Notes under the pieces: generated by a model
What the model was told of the DNA's origin: nothing
Seen by the model: only the letters and a program-made list of their open reading frames with translations
Database searches by the model: none
IMG/VR virus record: IMGVR_UViG_3300022594_000001
From: a virus
Lineage: Duplodnaviria; Caudoviricetes
Reading direction: 5' to 3' (one strand)
Length of the DNA stretch: 64,000 nt
Position numbers and translations under genes: made by a program
Part shown: in pieces, positions 1 through 9,036 of the stretch
Layout of the letters: every line of letters begins with the position of its first letter
Numbering within the stretch: position 1 is the first letter of the stretch

Positions 1-2
1 GT

Positions 3-578
3 ATTAAGTATTCACAAGTTCGTTTAACAGGACATGACTTCTTAAGTATTGGTACTGGTGGTACAGCAACAACTAATTACCCAAATACCCCAACACAGTT
101 ACCTGATGTAACTAAACAAACTGTTGGTAACGGCGGCGGACGTGTATTCTACACAGCTACTGACCAGGACGGTAACTTTACAGTTGGTACACTATTCAGC
201 GTTCAACAAGCAACTGGTGTTGCAAGTATTAATGCTGATGCGTTTAACTTAGCTGGTTTGAACTCACTAACATTGGGTTCAGTAGCTTTAGGTGGAACTG
301 GTGCAACAATTACTAGCTTCTCAACAGATCAATATTTCACTGCTAACAGTGATAATATTGTTCCAACACAGAAGGCGATTAAAGCATACATTGCTAGCCA
401 AATTGGTGGCGGATCTAGTGCTTTGAACGTAAATACACTAACTGCTGGTGTTATCTATATTGCAGGTAATAGTATTAGTACTACTACTGGCGTACAGATT
501 AACGTATCAGCAACAATGAACTTCACTGGCGGTATTAACGGGTTGCCAGTAGCAATGGACTTCTTACTTTTAGGATAA
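3..578 (+). CDS. C-terminal part of a large virion structural protein (starts upstream of the window)
   Basis: Frame is open from base 3 (IKYSQVRLTGHDFLSIGTG...GGRVFYTATDQDGNF...QATG), a motif seen in large T4-like phage virion proteins; the track start at 258 is internal. Confidence 0.75.
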   Translation: MKYSQVRLTGHDFLSIGTGGTATTNYPNTPTQLPDVTKQTVGNGGGRVFYTATDQDGNFTVGTLFSVQQATGVASINADAFNLAGLNSLTLGSVALGGTGATITSFSTDQYFTANSDNIVPTQKAIKAYIASQIGGGSSALNVNTLTAGVIYIAGNSISTTTGVQINVSATMNFTGGINGLPVAMDFLLLG

Positions 579-590
579 CGGAGAAAATAT

Positions 591-911
591 ATGGCAACAG
601 GAATTTTAGGATCAGCTAACTTAACAGCAGCAACAAATACGACACTTTATACATGTCCGACAACAACTTTTGCTGTAGTTACTGTATCAATTTGTAACAG
701 AAGCAACAGCTCAATCACCGCAAGATTAGCTATGTCCGCGACAACATCGCCGGGTTTAGCTGAGTGGATCGAATACGACACAGAAATCCTTCCAAAAGGA
801 GTGTTAGAACGTACAGGTTTGGTATTAGATGCGGGTAAAAACTTAGTAGTTTACGCCAGTACTGGTAATACATCAGCAATGGCGTACGGAATTGAAACTC
901 CGACAGCATAA
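591..911 (+). CDS. small virion/tail-associated protein
   Basis: SD GGAG; Thr/Ala-rich 106 aa; in structural operon. Confidence 0.6.
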   Translation: MATGILGSANLTAATNTTLYTCPTTTFAVVTVSICNRSNSSITARLAMSATTSPGLAEWIEYDTEILPKGVLERTGLVLDAGKNLVVYASTGNTSAMAYGIETPTA

Positions 912-935
912 ATATACTGATAAAGGAATACTCAT

Positions 936-1259
936 ATGGGAAGATATATTACAACAACTGGCACCGCTGGTTCAGTAACACGATACAATGCAGGTTCAAA
1001 CTATCAAGCAATAGTTAACGATCGTATTATTTGTACAGCAGGTGGACAGACAATTACACTACCTGCAAGTGGTTCTAGTTTAGACGGTGATACAGTTCAA
1101 ATTATCGATGCATTTGGTAATGCATCTGGTAGTAACATTACTGTAGCTAGAAACGGTGCAAACATTCAAAACTTAGCGCAAGATATGACAATTAACGTTA
1201 ATAACGCTTGCGTTACATTGGTGTACACAACAGCACTTGGTTGGTTAATTACAAGATAA
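936..1259 (+). CDS. small tail-fibre-associated protein
   Basis: Late promoter TAAATA 909-914 and SD AAGGA; ITLPAS..GD.VQIIDA.G...NITVARNGANI motif typical of phage fibre domains. Confidence 0.6.
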   Translation: MGRYITTTGTAGSVTRYNAGSNYQAIVNDRIICTAGGQTITLPASGSSLDGDTVQIIDAFGNASGSNITVARNGANIQNLAQDMTINVNNACVTLVYTTALGWLITR

Positions 1260-1270
1260 GGTAAAAAGAC

Positions 1271-2026
1271 ATGTCAAACTTGCGCGATCTTTTGCCGACA
1301 CAAACTTATACGTCGAACTATACACAACAGCAACTCGCTATCTACAATACTAACATTCAAAACGTTACTAATGGTGGACAATGCTGCTGCTGGGTTGTTC
1401 CGGTAGGTGTAACGTGGGCAATTTTTGAATTATGGGGCGGTGGTGGCGACGGCGCTGGGTCTTGCTGCTGTATGGGCCCATACTGGGGTCCGGGTTCTGG
1501 CAATTATGTTAAGAAAACAATTTCAGTAACTGGTGGATGTTATTTCTGTATTTGTGCGGCAGGATCAGGTTGCTGTGCAGTTACATGTTGCGGACAATGT
1601 GGATACCCAAGTTGGGTTATCTGTGGAGCAAACGCTTCAATGGCAACCTGTGCAGGTGGCGGATTCATTGGCTGTACATTGTGCTTTAGATCATATCAAA
1701 CATGTACTGGTATTTGCGTACCAGCTTGTAGTTATGGTTGTACAGGAAGCGGTGACTACTATTACCCATCTACTAACTCTATTGCTAAAGAATCAAACTA
1801 CTGCTGGAGTAACATGTGGACAGGCCAACCAGGAAGTCCAAAATACGGCGGTACATTTAGAGTAGGTATGGAATACTGTACTACTCAGTTAACTCGTAAC
1901 GGTAACGACTTCTATCCATCTAGATGGCCAGCAGGTGCAGGTGCAAACTCACGTGCATGTGGCGGCGGATGCTGTTTTGGTGGTTGGGGTGCCGGTGGTT
2001 TAGTATTAATTACTTATGGAAAATAA
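1271..2026 (+). CDS. Cys/Gly-rich virion (tail fibre tip-like) protein A
   Basis: About 27 Cys; FELWGGGG and GGWGAGGLVLITY glycine-rich domain motifs. Confidence 0.65.
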   Translation: MSNLRDLLPTQTYTSNYTQQQLAIYNTNIQNVTNGGQCCCWVVPVGVTWAIFELWGGGGDGAGSCCCMGPYWGPGSGNYVKKTISVTGGCYFCICAAGSGCCAVTCCGQCGYPSWVICGANASMATCAGGGFIGCTLCFRSYQTCTGICVPACSYGCTGSGDYYYPSTNSIAKESNYCWSNMWTGQPGSPKYGGTFRVGMEYCTTQLTRNGNDFYPSRWPAGAGANSRACGGGCCFGGWGAGGLVLITYGK

Positions 2027-2039
2027 GAGGTAAAAAGAG

Positions 2040-2684
2040 ATGCCAGAAATTACTAGAATTGAAAAAACATTTACGTATGATATTGCAGATGCATATCTAT
2101 ACCAAACAAACAACTTGAAGAAAACTGCTGAATGGACTTATACAGGTCCTCAATTCATATGGATATTTGTTGATAACAGCACAAACAAAATTTCTAGTCG
2201 TTTCCACTACACTGAGAGAGACAATGGACACGATGTTCCAACTCCAGAAGGAATGACTAAGGTTATGATTGATGCTGACAAAGATCCAATTTTAGCTAGT
2301 TTAATCCATAGCGAATATACTTATGGTGATCTTCCACATACTGAAGAAATCCTCCCAGAGGGTGTTACATACGGTCACCCAGATCCTATTCCTCCAGATC
2401 ATACTTACGAATTAATTGATATCGAATATGATCCTGCAGCAGGTGAGTTTAAGAAACCGTACCCATGGAAGAAACCACACATGGATTGGGAGTCAATTAT
2501 TATTGCAAGAGACGATTTGTTAAAAGCAAGCGACCTAAAATATAACACTGCAAATGAAGCAGATAAACCGGCTTGGGAAGCATATCGTCAGAAATTAAGA
2601 GACTTGCCTACTACATTTGAAGGAATTGATCCTTGGAAAGTTCCATTCCCAGTTGAACCTGGCGTAGCACAAAACGCGGGGTAA
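2040..2684 (+). CDS. tail fibre assembly chaperone-like protein A
   Basis: C-terminal W..I...RD.LL..SD...W.AYRQ.LRDLP motif of phage tail-assembly chaperones. Confidence 0.65.
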   Translation: MPEITRIEKTFTYDIADAYLYQTNNLKKTAEWTYTGPQFIWIFVDNSTNKISSRFHYTERDNGHDVPTPEGMTKVMIDADKDPILASLIHSEYTYGDLPHTEEILPEGVTYGHPDPIPPDHTYELIDIEYDPAAGEFKKPYPWKKPHMDWESIIIARDDLLKASDLKYNTANEADKPAWEAYRQKLRDLPTTFEGIDPWKVPFPVEPGVAQNAG

Positions 2685-2688
2685 TTAA

Positions 2689-3435
2689 ATGTCAGACTTA
2701 AGATCATTATTTCCAGATGCAAGATATAACATTGTTAACAACTCACCGGTTGTTAACACTTTATATGTTTATAACAATAACGAAGGTAACCAGAACGGCG
2801 GAAGATGCTGTTTATGGACTGTACCGGCTAACGTTACATGGGCAAAATTTGAAGTATGGGGTGGCGGTGGCGACGGCGGTGGAGCATGTTGCTGTCAACA
2901 ACCAGCAAAAGGTGGAGGTTCTGGATCTTACGCTCGCAAAACAATTCGCGTAGTTCCGGGTCAATCATATACATTATGTTCAGGCGGATCTGGCTGCTGT
3001 TCACAAAACAACTGCGGTACTAACGGATTCCCATCATATGCATGTGGCGGTGTAACATACGGTTTATGCTTATGTGCAGCGGGCGGCGAAGGTGGCGCAT
3101 CATGCTGCTGGGCTGCTATCGGTGGTAACTATCACTGCGGTACTAACATTTGCGGAAGTGCTTGTGGGTATGACTGGGCTATTTGCGGTGTGCAAGGTTC
3201 TGCTCACCAATCATGGTGCGGATATGATGCATGGCACTACTTACCATCGGGACCTGTTATTGGTAACGGACATCGTTTGTCAAGAACACACTGCGGTGAA
3301 TCATGGATGGGTTGCGATCTAGCAGGTGGCTGGTCAGCTTTCCCAGGCGGTGGTGGCGGTACAGCTATTTCCTATGGCGGATGCTGCTGGGGCGGCTGGG
3401 GCCAAGGCGGATTAGTAATGGTAACATATAGATAA
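2689..3435 (+). CDS. Cys/Gly-rich virion protein B
   Basis: About 23 Cys; paralog of 1271..2026. Confidence 0.65.
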   Translation: MSDLRSLFPDARYNIVNNSPVVNTLYVYNNNEGNQNGGRCCLWTVPANVTWAKFEVWGGGGDGGGACCCQQPAKGGGSGSYARKTIRVVPGQSYTLCSGGSGCCSQNNCGTNGFPSYACGGVTYGLCLCAAGGEGGASCCWAAIGGNYHCGTNICGSACGYDWAICGVQGSAHQSWCGYDAWHYLPSGPVIGNGHRLSRTHCGESWMGCDLAGGWSAFPGGGGGTAISYGGCCWGGWGQGGLVMVTYR

Positions 3436-3444
3436 GGATAAAGA

Positions 3445-4200
3445 ATGTCTGATTTAAGATCATTAGCGTATACATTGTCGCTGCCAAACTCGACCAATTA
3501 TCCTACAGAATTTGTAGTGTTTAATGGTAGTGTTAATACCCCAGGTAATGGCGGAGCATGTTGTAACTTTGTAGTGCCAGCTGGCGCAACTTGGGTTACT
3601 TTTGAAGTTTGGGGTTCAGGTGGCGGCGGTGCTGGAGCATGTTGCTGTATGCAAGGTTGGCCAGGTGGGTCAGGAGCTTACACAGCAAAAACTGTTTGTT
3701 CTCCAACACTAGCAGGCTGCTCTTATACAATTTGTGCAGGCAGCACAACATCTATGAGCCCTGTTTGTTTCGGTTGCCCCGGTTATGACAGTTGGGTACA
3801 AGGTTATGGTTTAAGTAATTTCTGTGCAAAAGGCGGATCATACGGTGAAGTTCACTGTTTCCAATATTACGGTTGCTACACATGTAGTATTCCAAATCCA
3901 TATTGCTGCTGTGCATTCGGCGGAGATATTTGTATTCATGGTATGCAATCAACACAAACATCATCAACATGGTGTGCTCAGTATCCACAGCAATTAGCGT
4001 CATTAGCTCCATTAGCGCAGTCAGGTCCGCAAACTGGACCAGGTGGTTGCATTAACGGATCTGCAAACGGCTCTTGTACTGGTTGGTTCCCATGTACTGC
4101 TTTCCCAGGCGGTGGCGGACTAAGCGGTAATGCACACGGTGGTAACTGCTGGTGCGGAAGCTGGGGTGGCGGCGGCGCAGTTTCAGTAACATACGGTTAA
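3445..4200 (+). CDS. Cys/Gly-rich virion protein C
   Basis: About 24 Cys; paralog of 1271..2026. Confidence 0.65.
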   Translation: MSDLRSLAYTLSLPNSTNYPTEFVVFNGSVNTPGNGGACCNFVVPAGATWVTFEVWGSGGGGAGACCCMQGWPGGSGAYTAKTVCSPTLAGCSYTICAGSTTSMSPVCFGCPGYDSWVQGYGLSNFCAKGGSYGEVHCFQYYGCYTCSIPNPYCCCAFGGDICIHGMQSTQTSSTWCAQYPQQLASLAPLAQSGPQTGPGGCINGSANGSCTGWFPCTAFPGGGGLSGNAHGGNCWCGSWGGGGAVSVTYG

Positions 4201-4213
4201 TCAGAGGTAAAAA

Positions 4214-5170
4214 ATGGCAGATAAAGAAAACAATATTGTAAGTGTACCGTTTACTTATGATTTACCTGATGATTATTTACATCAAACAAGTACATTGGGT
4301 AAAACAGGTGAATGGACGTATAACGGCCCAGATAAAATTTGGGTAATGGTAAACAAAGAAACAAATAGATACTCAGGACACTTTTATACAGAAGCAGAAG
4401 ATGGTGAACACTATCCTACACCTTTAGATAGAGTCAAAGTTTTTGTTGATTGTACAACAAATCCGTTATTGTGTTCCATTGTTGGACATGCTGACGAAGT
4501 ACGTGATTATTCACAATTACCTCAGTATGAAGAAACATTACCATGCGGAAATGTTTACAGTCGTCCAGAAACACCTACACCGGATCATACATATGACATC
4601 CATGCCGTAGAATACGATCCATCTACTGGTGATTTTAAGACGCCTTATCCATGGAAGGCTCCGCACATTTCTTGGGATGATATTCGCAATTATAGAAATC
4701 AGCGTTTACAAGCCCATGATCATAAAGCACCTGAAGATGCTCCACAAGCTGTAAAAGACATGTGGGAAGCGCACAGAGAGGCATTAAGAAACTTGCCACA
4801 AGTACATGGCGCAACTAATACACACATAGAAGTCGATTTAACTGCCGCTTCTCCTATTAACACCGTAGGACAAGCAGTTCTTAAATTAACGTCAGTTACT
4901 GGTATTAACGTTGGTGACGATGTTGGGGTTAAAGAATGGTTTGCAGATAATATTTTTGAAGATCATAGTCGAGTAGTATCTATTAATGCTGCTAATAAAA
5001 CGATTACATTAGATAAAGCACTAATTGCTACACCAACTGATGCAAATAAGGAATTAGCATTTAGTCCTTGCCCAGAAACTTCTCCTTGGAAAGTTCAACC
5101 AGTTGAAACACCGGACGAAGGGCGTACTAGACCTGTTATACCACCAGAAATAAAATTTAGAGCGTCATAA
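4214..5170 (+). CDS. tail fibre assembly chaperone-like protein B with inserted domain
   Basis: Paralog of 2040..2684 (FTYD..D.YL.QT..L.KT.EWTY.GP; PDHTY; KPYPWK.PH) plus an insert of about 90 aa. Confidence 0.65.
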   Translation: MADKENNIVSVPFTYDLPDDYLHQTSTLGKTGEWTYNGPDKIWVMVNKETNRYSGHFYTEAEDGEHYPTPLDRVKVFVDCTTNPLLCSIVGHADEVRDYSQLPQYEETLPCGNVYSRPETPTPDHTYDIHAVEYDPSTGDFKTPYPWKAPHISWDDIRNYRNQRLQAHDHKAPEDAPQAVKDMWEAHREALRNLPQVHGATNTHIEVDLTAASPINTVGQAVLKLTSVTGINVGDDVGVKEWFADNIFEDHSRVVSINAANKTITLDKALIATPTDANKELAFSPCPETSPWKVQPVETPDEGRTRPVIPPEIKFRAS

Positions 5171-5196
5171 AAAAAGCACCCTTAGGGTGCTTTTTT
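5169..5196. terminator. bidirectional intrinsic terminator
   Basis: AAAAAAAGCACCC-TTA-GGGTGCTTTTTT between convergent genes. Confidence 0.85.
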
Positions 5197-5197
5197 A

Positions 5198-6997
5198 TTA
5201 GTTAGCAATTTTAACTAGTTTGCCTAATTCAGGCACATACAAGTATTCAATATCACTCTTTGCAAGAGTATCTAATGCATCTTCTAACGTTTCAACAAGC
5301 GGATCACCACCTAAGTTAAAACTTGTATTAAAGATAATAGGTACGCCTGTACGCTTATAGAACGCATTGATTAAATCATGGTAGTGTTTGTTTTGCTCTT
5401 GTGTAACAGTTTGGATGCGACATGTGCCGTCTACGTGAATAATAGCAGGAATCTTTGTTTCGATACCTGGCTGGCAGTTAACAGCATACATCATATACGG
5501 ACTGTCTTTCATACCACGCAAATCAAACCATTCATGTACGTGTTCTTGTAGAATAGATCCAGCAAATGGACGGAAATATTCGCGACGCTTTACTAAGTTA
5601 ACAAAATCTTTACCGTCTTCGTATGTTGGATTAAACAAGATACTGCGATTACCTAATGCACGTGGACCATTTTCTGAACGTCCTTGATAGAAACAAACAA
5701 TATTTTTGTTCATTAACAAATCAACAACGTCTTCGTTAGTAGCATCAGTAATTTCTGCATTGTGTGATGCTGCAAACTTTGTAAGATCATCTGCGGTATA
5801 GTTATACTTAAACCCTAGATATAGTCCATCTTTACTATAATCGTTTGTGCTTAATGGCATCATGTCTTTCCAGAACATAAGTGCTGCACCGATAGCAGTA
5901 CCAGCATCATTGCTAATTGGCTCTACATAAATTTCAATGCCATCTTCTTTTAACCCATTTAGGTAAAAGTAGTTAGCAACACAGTTTAACCCATAACCTC
6001 CGCTAATGACAACCTTCTTTTGCCCAGTCATTTCACTAGCCTTGCGAATTAAGCGTAACACTTGTTCTTGTGTTTGTGTTTGGCAAGCATATGCTAAATC
6101 TCTACGATTTTCTAATGTGGTGATATCATCTGCATTTGAGTCTTGTAAGAATTCAAATAATCCTTGATTAATTTGAGCACCGTTGGGATATGTCGGAACA
6201 ACTAAGTTTCTGTTAGACAATGGTGCAATACCAGTTTCGTCAAACAGTTGAGGAATTGCAGGATTTTCTTTTCCATATGGAAATAATCCCATTGTTTTAC
6301 CTGCTTCAATGCTCGACCATCCACAGAATGTTGTAACGGCTTCGTAAATCTTTGTAATACCAGCACGATCAGTAATTAGTGCTTCGTGTGTTGAACCAGG
6401 TTCGTCATACATTGTGCTATCAAAATTACTAACTAGTGCTCCTGGGTTAGGGCCTCGTAAACCGATGTGTTTATATTTTGTTTTAAAATTAGCAGGATAT
6501 GAACAATCGTAAATACTTTCAGTTTCCCATCCAGTAACGTTCTCGCCGTTAATTACCAATGGCAAGAATGTGCCTGCACCATCGACAATTAGTGCTGCTG
6601 CTTCTTCAAATCCTGAGCGATAAAACGCACAAGCGGCATGTAATTTATGATGAACATGACTCAAGTCAACTACTTGTGGATGATCAAATGGATTTTGTCC
6701 ACGTTTAATCAACCCTAATTTTCTTGCAAGACCAGTGTAAACATCATCACCCGAAAAGTCAACTCGCCCAGCAGTGTCACTTAATTTCTGTGTATGTGCA
6801 ATAACCATGTAGTCTAGTCTATCAGTATAGTCTAGGATTTTTAACATAGCGGCGTATGGTCCGCCGTCATATTTGTGTCTACTAATGCGTTCTTCTTCGA
6901 TTGCAAAAACAACTTCTCCATTTTTAAGAAGACAAACACCACTATTGTGTCCCCTAGCTATGCCTGCAATCCAAATATCTTTGTTGTTATCTGACAT
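5198..6997 (-). CDS. carbamoyltransferase (NodU/CmcH/TobZ family), full length
   Basis: GHNSGVCLL..G...AIEEERISR.K, HH.LHAACAFY, GG.GLNCVAN, GRSENGPRALGNRS, KRRE.FRPFA, NTSFNL.G.PLVET. Confidence 0.92.
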   Translation of the reverse strand: MSDNNKDIWIAGIARGHNSGVCLLKNGEVVFAIEEERISRHKYDGGPYAAMLKILDYTDRLDYMVIAHTQKLSDTAGRVDFSGDDVYTGLARKLGLIKRGQNPFDHPQVVDLSHVHHKLHAACAFYRSGFEEAAALIVDGAGTFLPLVINGENVTGWETESIYDCSYPANFKTKYKHIGLRGPNPGALVSNFDSTMYDEPGSTHEALITDRAGITKIYEAVTTFCGWSSIEAGKTMGLFPYGKENPAIPQLFDETGIAPLSNRNLVVPTYPNGAQINQGLFEFLQDSNADDITTLENRRDLAYACQTQTQEQVLRLIRKASEMTGQKKVVISGGYGLNCVANYFYLNGLKEDGIEIYVEPISNDAGTAIGAALMFWKDMMPLSTNDYSKDGLYLGFKYNYTADDLTKFAASHNAEITDATNEDVVDLLMNKNIVCFYQGRSENGPRALGNRSILFNPTYEDGKDFVNLVKRREYFRPFAGSILQEHVHEWFDLRGMKDSPYMMYAVNCQPGIETKIPAIIHVDGTCRIQTVTQEQNKHYHDLINAFYKRTGVPIIFNTSFNLGGDPLVETLEDALDTLAKSDIEYLYVPELGKLVKIAN

Positions 6998-7006
6998 GTT
7001 TTTCCT

Positions 7007-7927
7007 TTAAAATCCTTCGTATCTAAATGGCCATTTTAAAACATGAGCTGAGGGAGGAAATCCAACCCGCTTAGCCATCATAAGCTCAAATGTTTGTTTA
7101 TTAAATTTAAATTTTTGGTATGTTTCTTCAATACCATCAACTACTTCATTTGCTATTTTAATACTTTCCTCTGATAATTGCAACTTATCCTTTAGTTCCT
7201 TTTCAACCCATAGCAAGTGTTGTCTTGGACTTGGGTGTGTATCGAGGAATGTTTTATTTTTGCGAACAGTGTCGATAAATTCTAGTGTTAGTTCTGGAGT
7301 TTCTTTTGCCATAACTTCCATAGGAGTTAACCAATGATCAGCATGATCTTCCCAGATTGGCTTATTGTAAACTGCTAACTCTGGAATCTTTTTCCAGGCA
7401 ACCATGTCTTGGTCCCGGTCTTGAGGCTTTAAGAAATCAGTTTGCTCACCAATGCCGTCGTTATCGCGTAAGTCAGAACCCATGTTCCTAATATCACCGA
7501 TACTAGTCATGTACCATTTGCAACCAGTTGACTTTAATAATCCCTGGGTCATTGAAATATAATTTAATGTATGCATAAAATACGCTGGTTCAAAAAAGAA
7601 TGTGTTGATCCATTTTTTGTCGTATAACTTCTCGTTAATATAGTTAAAAATACTACCAGCAGTTTTCCATCCAGTGTGTCTCTCTGGCAAACTATGTTGA
7701 TGCCAAAAGTCATTACGAAGGTGACTAGACCATTGAATGATTACAACATCGTCTTCAGTAAATTGGTATTTTATGTTAGCTTCCGCAACACGTTCTGCAA
7801 TTGCACGATTACCGATGCCCGACATACCCCAGTTTTGAACAACGTCGAAGTCGATACCAGCATAGTCAGCCCAAGTAGGCCAACTATAACTAGTATAACT
7901 ACAACCAAACGCAAATAAACGTCTCAT
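7007..7927 (-). CDS. SGNH-hydrolase-like protein
   Basis: True start at 7927 (MRRLFAFGCSYT); GCS block and NWG.SG.GN block resemble SGNH motifs I/II. Confidence 0.55.
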   Translation of the reverse strand: MRRLFAFGCSYTSYSWPTWADYAGIDFDVVQNWGMSGIGNRAIAERVAEANIKYQFTEDDVVIIQWSSHLRNDFWHQHSLPERHTGWKTAGSIFNYINEKLYDKKWINTFFFEPAYFMHTLNYISMTQGLLKSTGCKWYMTSIGDIRNMGSDLRDNDGIGEQTDFLKPQDRDQDMVAWKKIPELAVYNKPIWEDHADHWLTPMEVMAKETPELTLEFIDTVRKNKTFLDTHPSPRQHLLWVEKELKDKLQLSEESIKIANEVVDGIEETYQKFKFNKQTFELMMAKRVGFPPSAHVLKWPFRYEGF

Positions 7928-7928
7928 A

Positions 7929-8942
7929 TTATTTTGTTCCGCAACTAACTTCTGGAGCACTAGTAACAGCAAGTCCAACATTTTGTGTTACTGGGATTAC
8001 TTTTGGAAATCTAGCCATGTTTTTTACAACTGAATCAACAATAGCATCTTCGATTTTATCATTCATTACCATAATACCGTCATTACCTCTATCAGCAACT
8101 TCGTCCATAGTAATTCTAATTGGGCTGTATCTACGAATATCACCGCCCATGTCCATTACGTCAAATTTTTCATAATCTGGATATGAAACGTTAATACCAA
8201 ACGTTGATCCAACAATTACTGATGACGGTACATCACACGCATATGCTAAATGTTGTCCTACGCTATCACATCCTAAGAAGTAATCTGCTGAATTGATAAT
8301 GCTAGCCCATGTTCTAATTGGAACGTTTTGAGGAGTTGCTACTGGTTCTTTAACACCGTGCTTTGAAAAATCAATACCAAATTCACTCATCATGATAACT
8401 GCATATTTCTTTTGTAATTTTTTAATAATATTAACTACGTGAGTGCCTTCAAACGAGCGATTTGAAGGGTCAAAAATAATGTTATTTTCAGCTTTGCAGC
8501 CACGACCGAACGGTTGGAACACTACAACTTTGTCTTTTTTAGTTTTTTCTTTAACTTCTTTAACAACATTATAGCCAGTATAAACTTCTTCTCCTGCTAG
8601 TTTAATAGTAGGTTTTGGTAGTTCACGAATACCTTTGTTGTTAATAGCAATGTCGTATGCTTGTGCAATAGAACATTTTTGATTGTAGTATTCCCAAATT
8701 CTATAAGGTTCAGGGGTTACTAAATCCATGTTAATTAACTTATCTTCAAACAAGTTTTTGTGCCAATAGTCGTATGCTCGCTCGTGTAATACTGGATGCC
8801 CCTTATAAAAGTCTGTTGGGCCTTCGCAGACAATAATAAAATCTTTGCTAACTTCCTCTGCATATTTTTCTAGAGCTGGAATAGAGCAAATTACTCTTCC
8901 TGCCCCACCGTTGATAAAGAATGCTTTTGCTCTTTCAGTCAT
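7929..8942 (-). CDS. glycosyltransferase family 9-like protein
   Basis: GGAGRVICSIPAL, VVVFQPFG, I..ADYFLGCDS.GQHLAYA resemble GT9 (heptosyltransferase-type) motifs. Confidence 0.6.
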   Translation of the reverse strand: MTERAKAFFINGGAGRVICSIPALEKYAEEVSKDFIIVCEGPTDFYKGHPVLHERAYDYWHKNLFEDKLINMDLVTPEPYRIWEYYNQKCSIAQAYDIAINNKGIRELPKPTIKLAGEEVYTGYNVVKEVKEKTKKDKVVVFQPFGRGCKAENNIIFDPSNRSFEGTHVVNIIKKLQKKYAVIMMSEFGIDFSKHGVKEPVATPQNVPIRTWASIINSADYFLGCDSVGQHLAYACDVPSSVIVGSTFGINVSYPDYEKFDVMDMGGDIRRYSPIRITMDEVADRGNDGIMVMNDKIEDAIVDSVVKNMARFPKVIPVTQNVGLAVTSAPEVSCGTK

Positions 8943-9036
8943 AATTCTTCCTATAATAAGATACTATAATTTAGCATTTTTAAGAAGTTAAAGCAAGAGT
9001 TTTGAATAGGCTAAATATACTATAAAGAGACTAATA

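Noticed and set aside
1271-4200. Cys-rich proteins as multiheme cytochromes or RiPP precursors
   Set aside because: No CxxCH motifs and no leader/core architecture or radical-SAM partner; the Gly-rich fibre motifs fit better.
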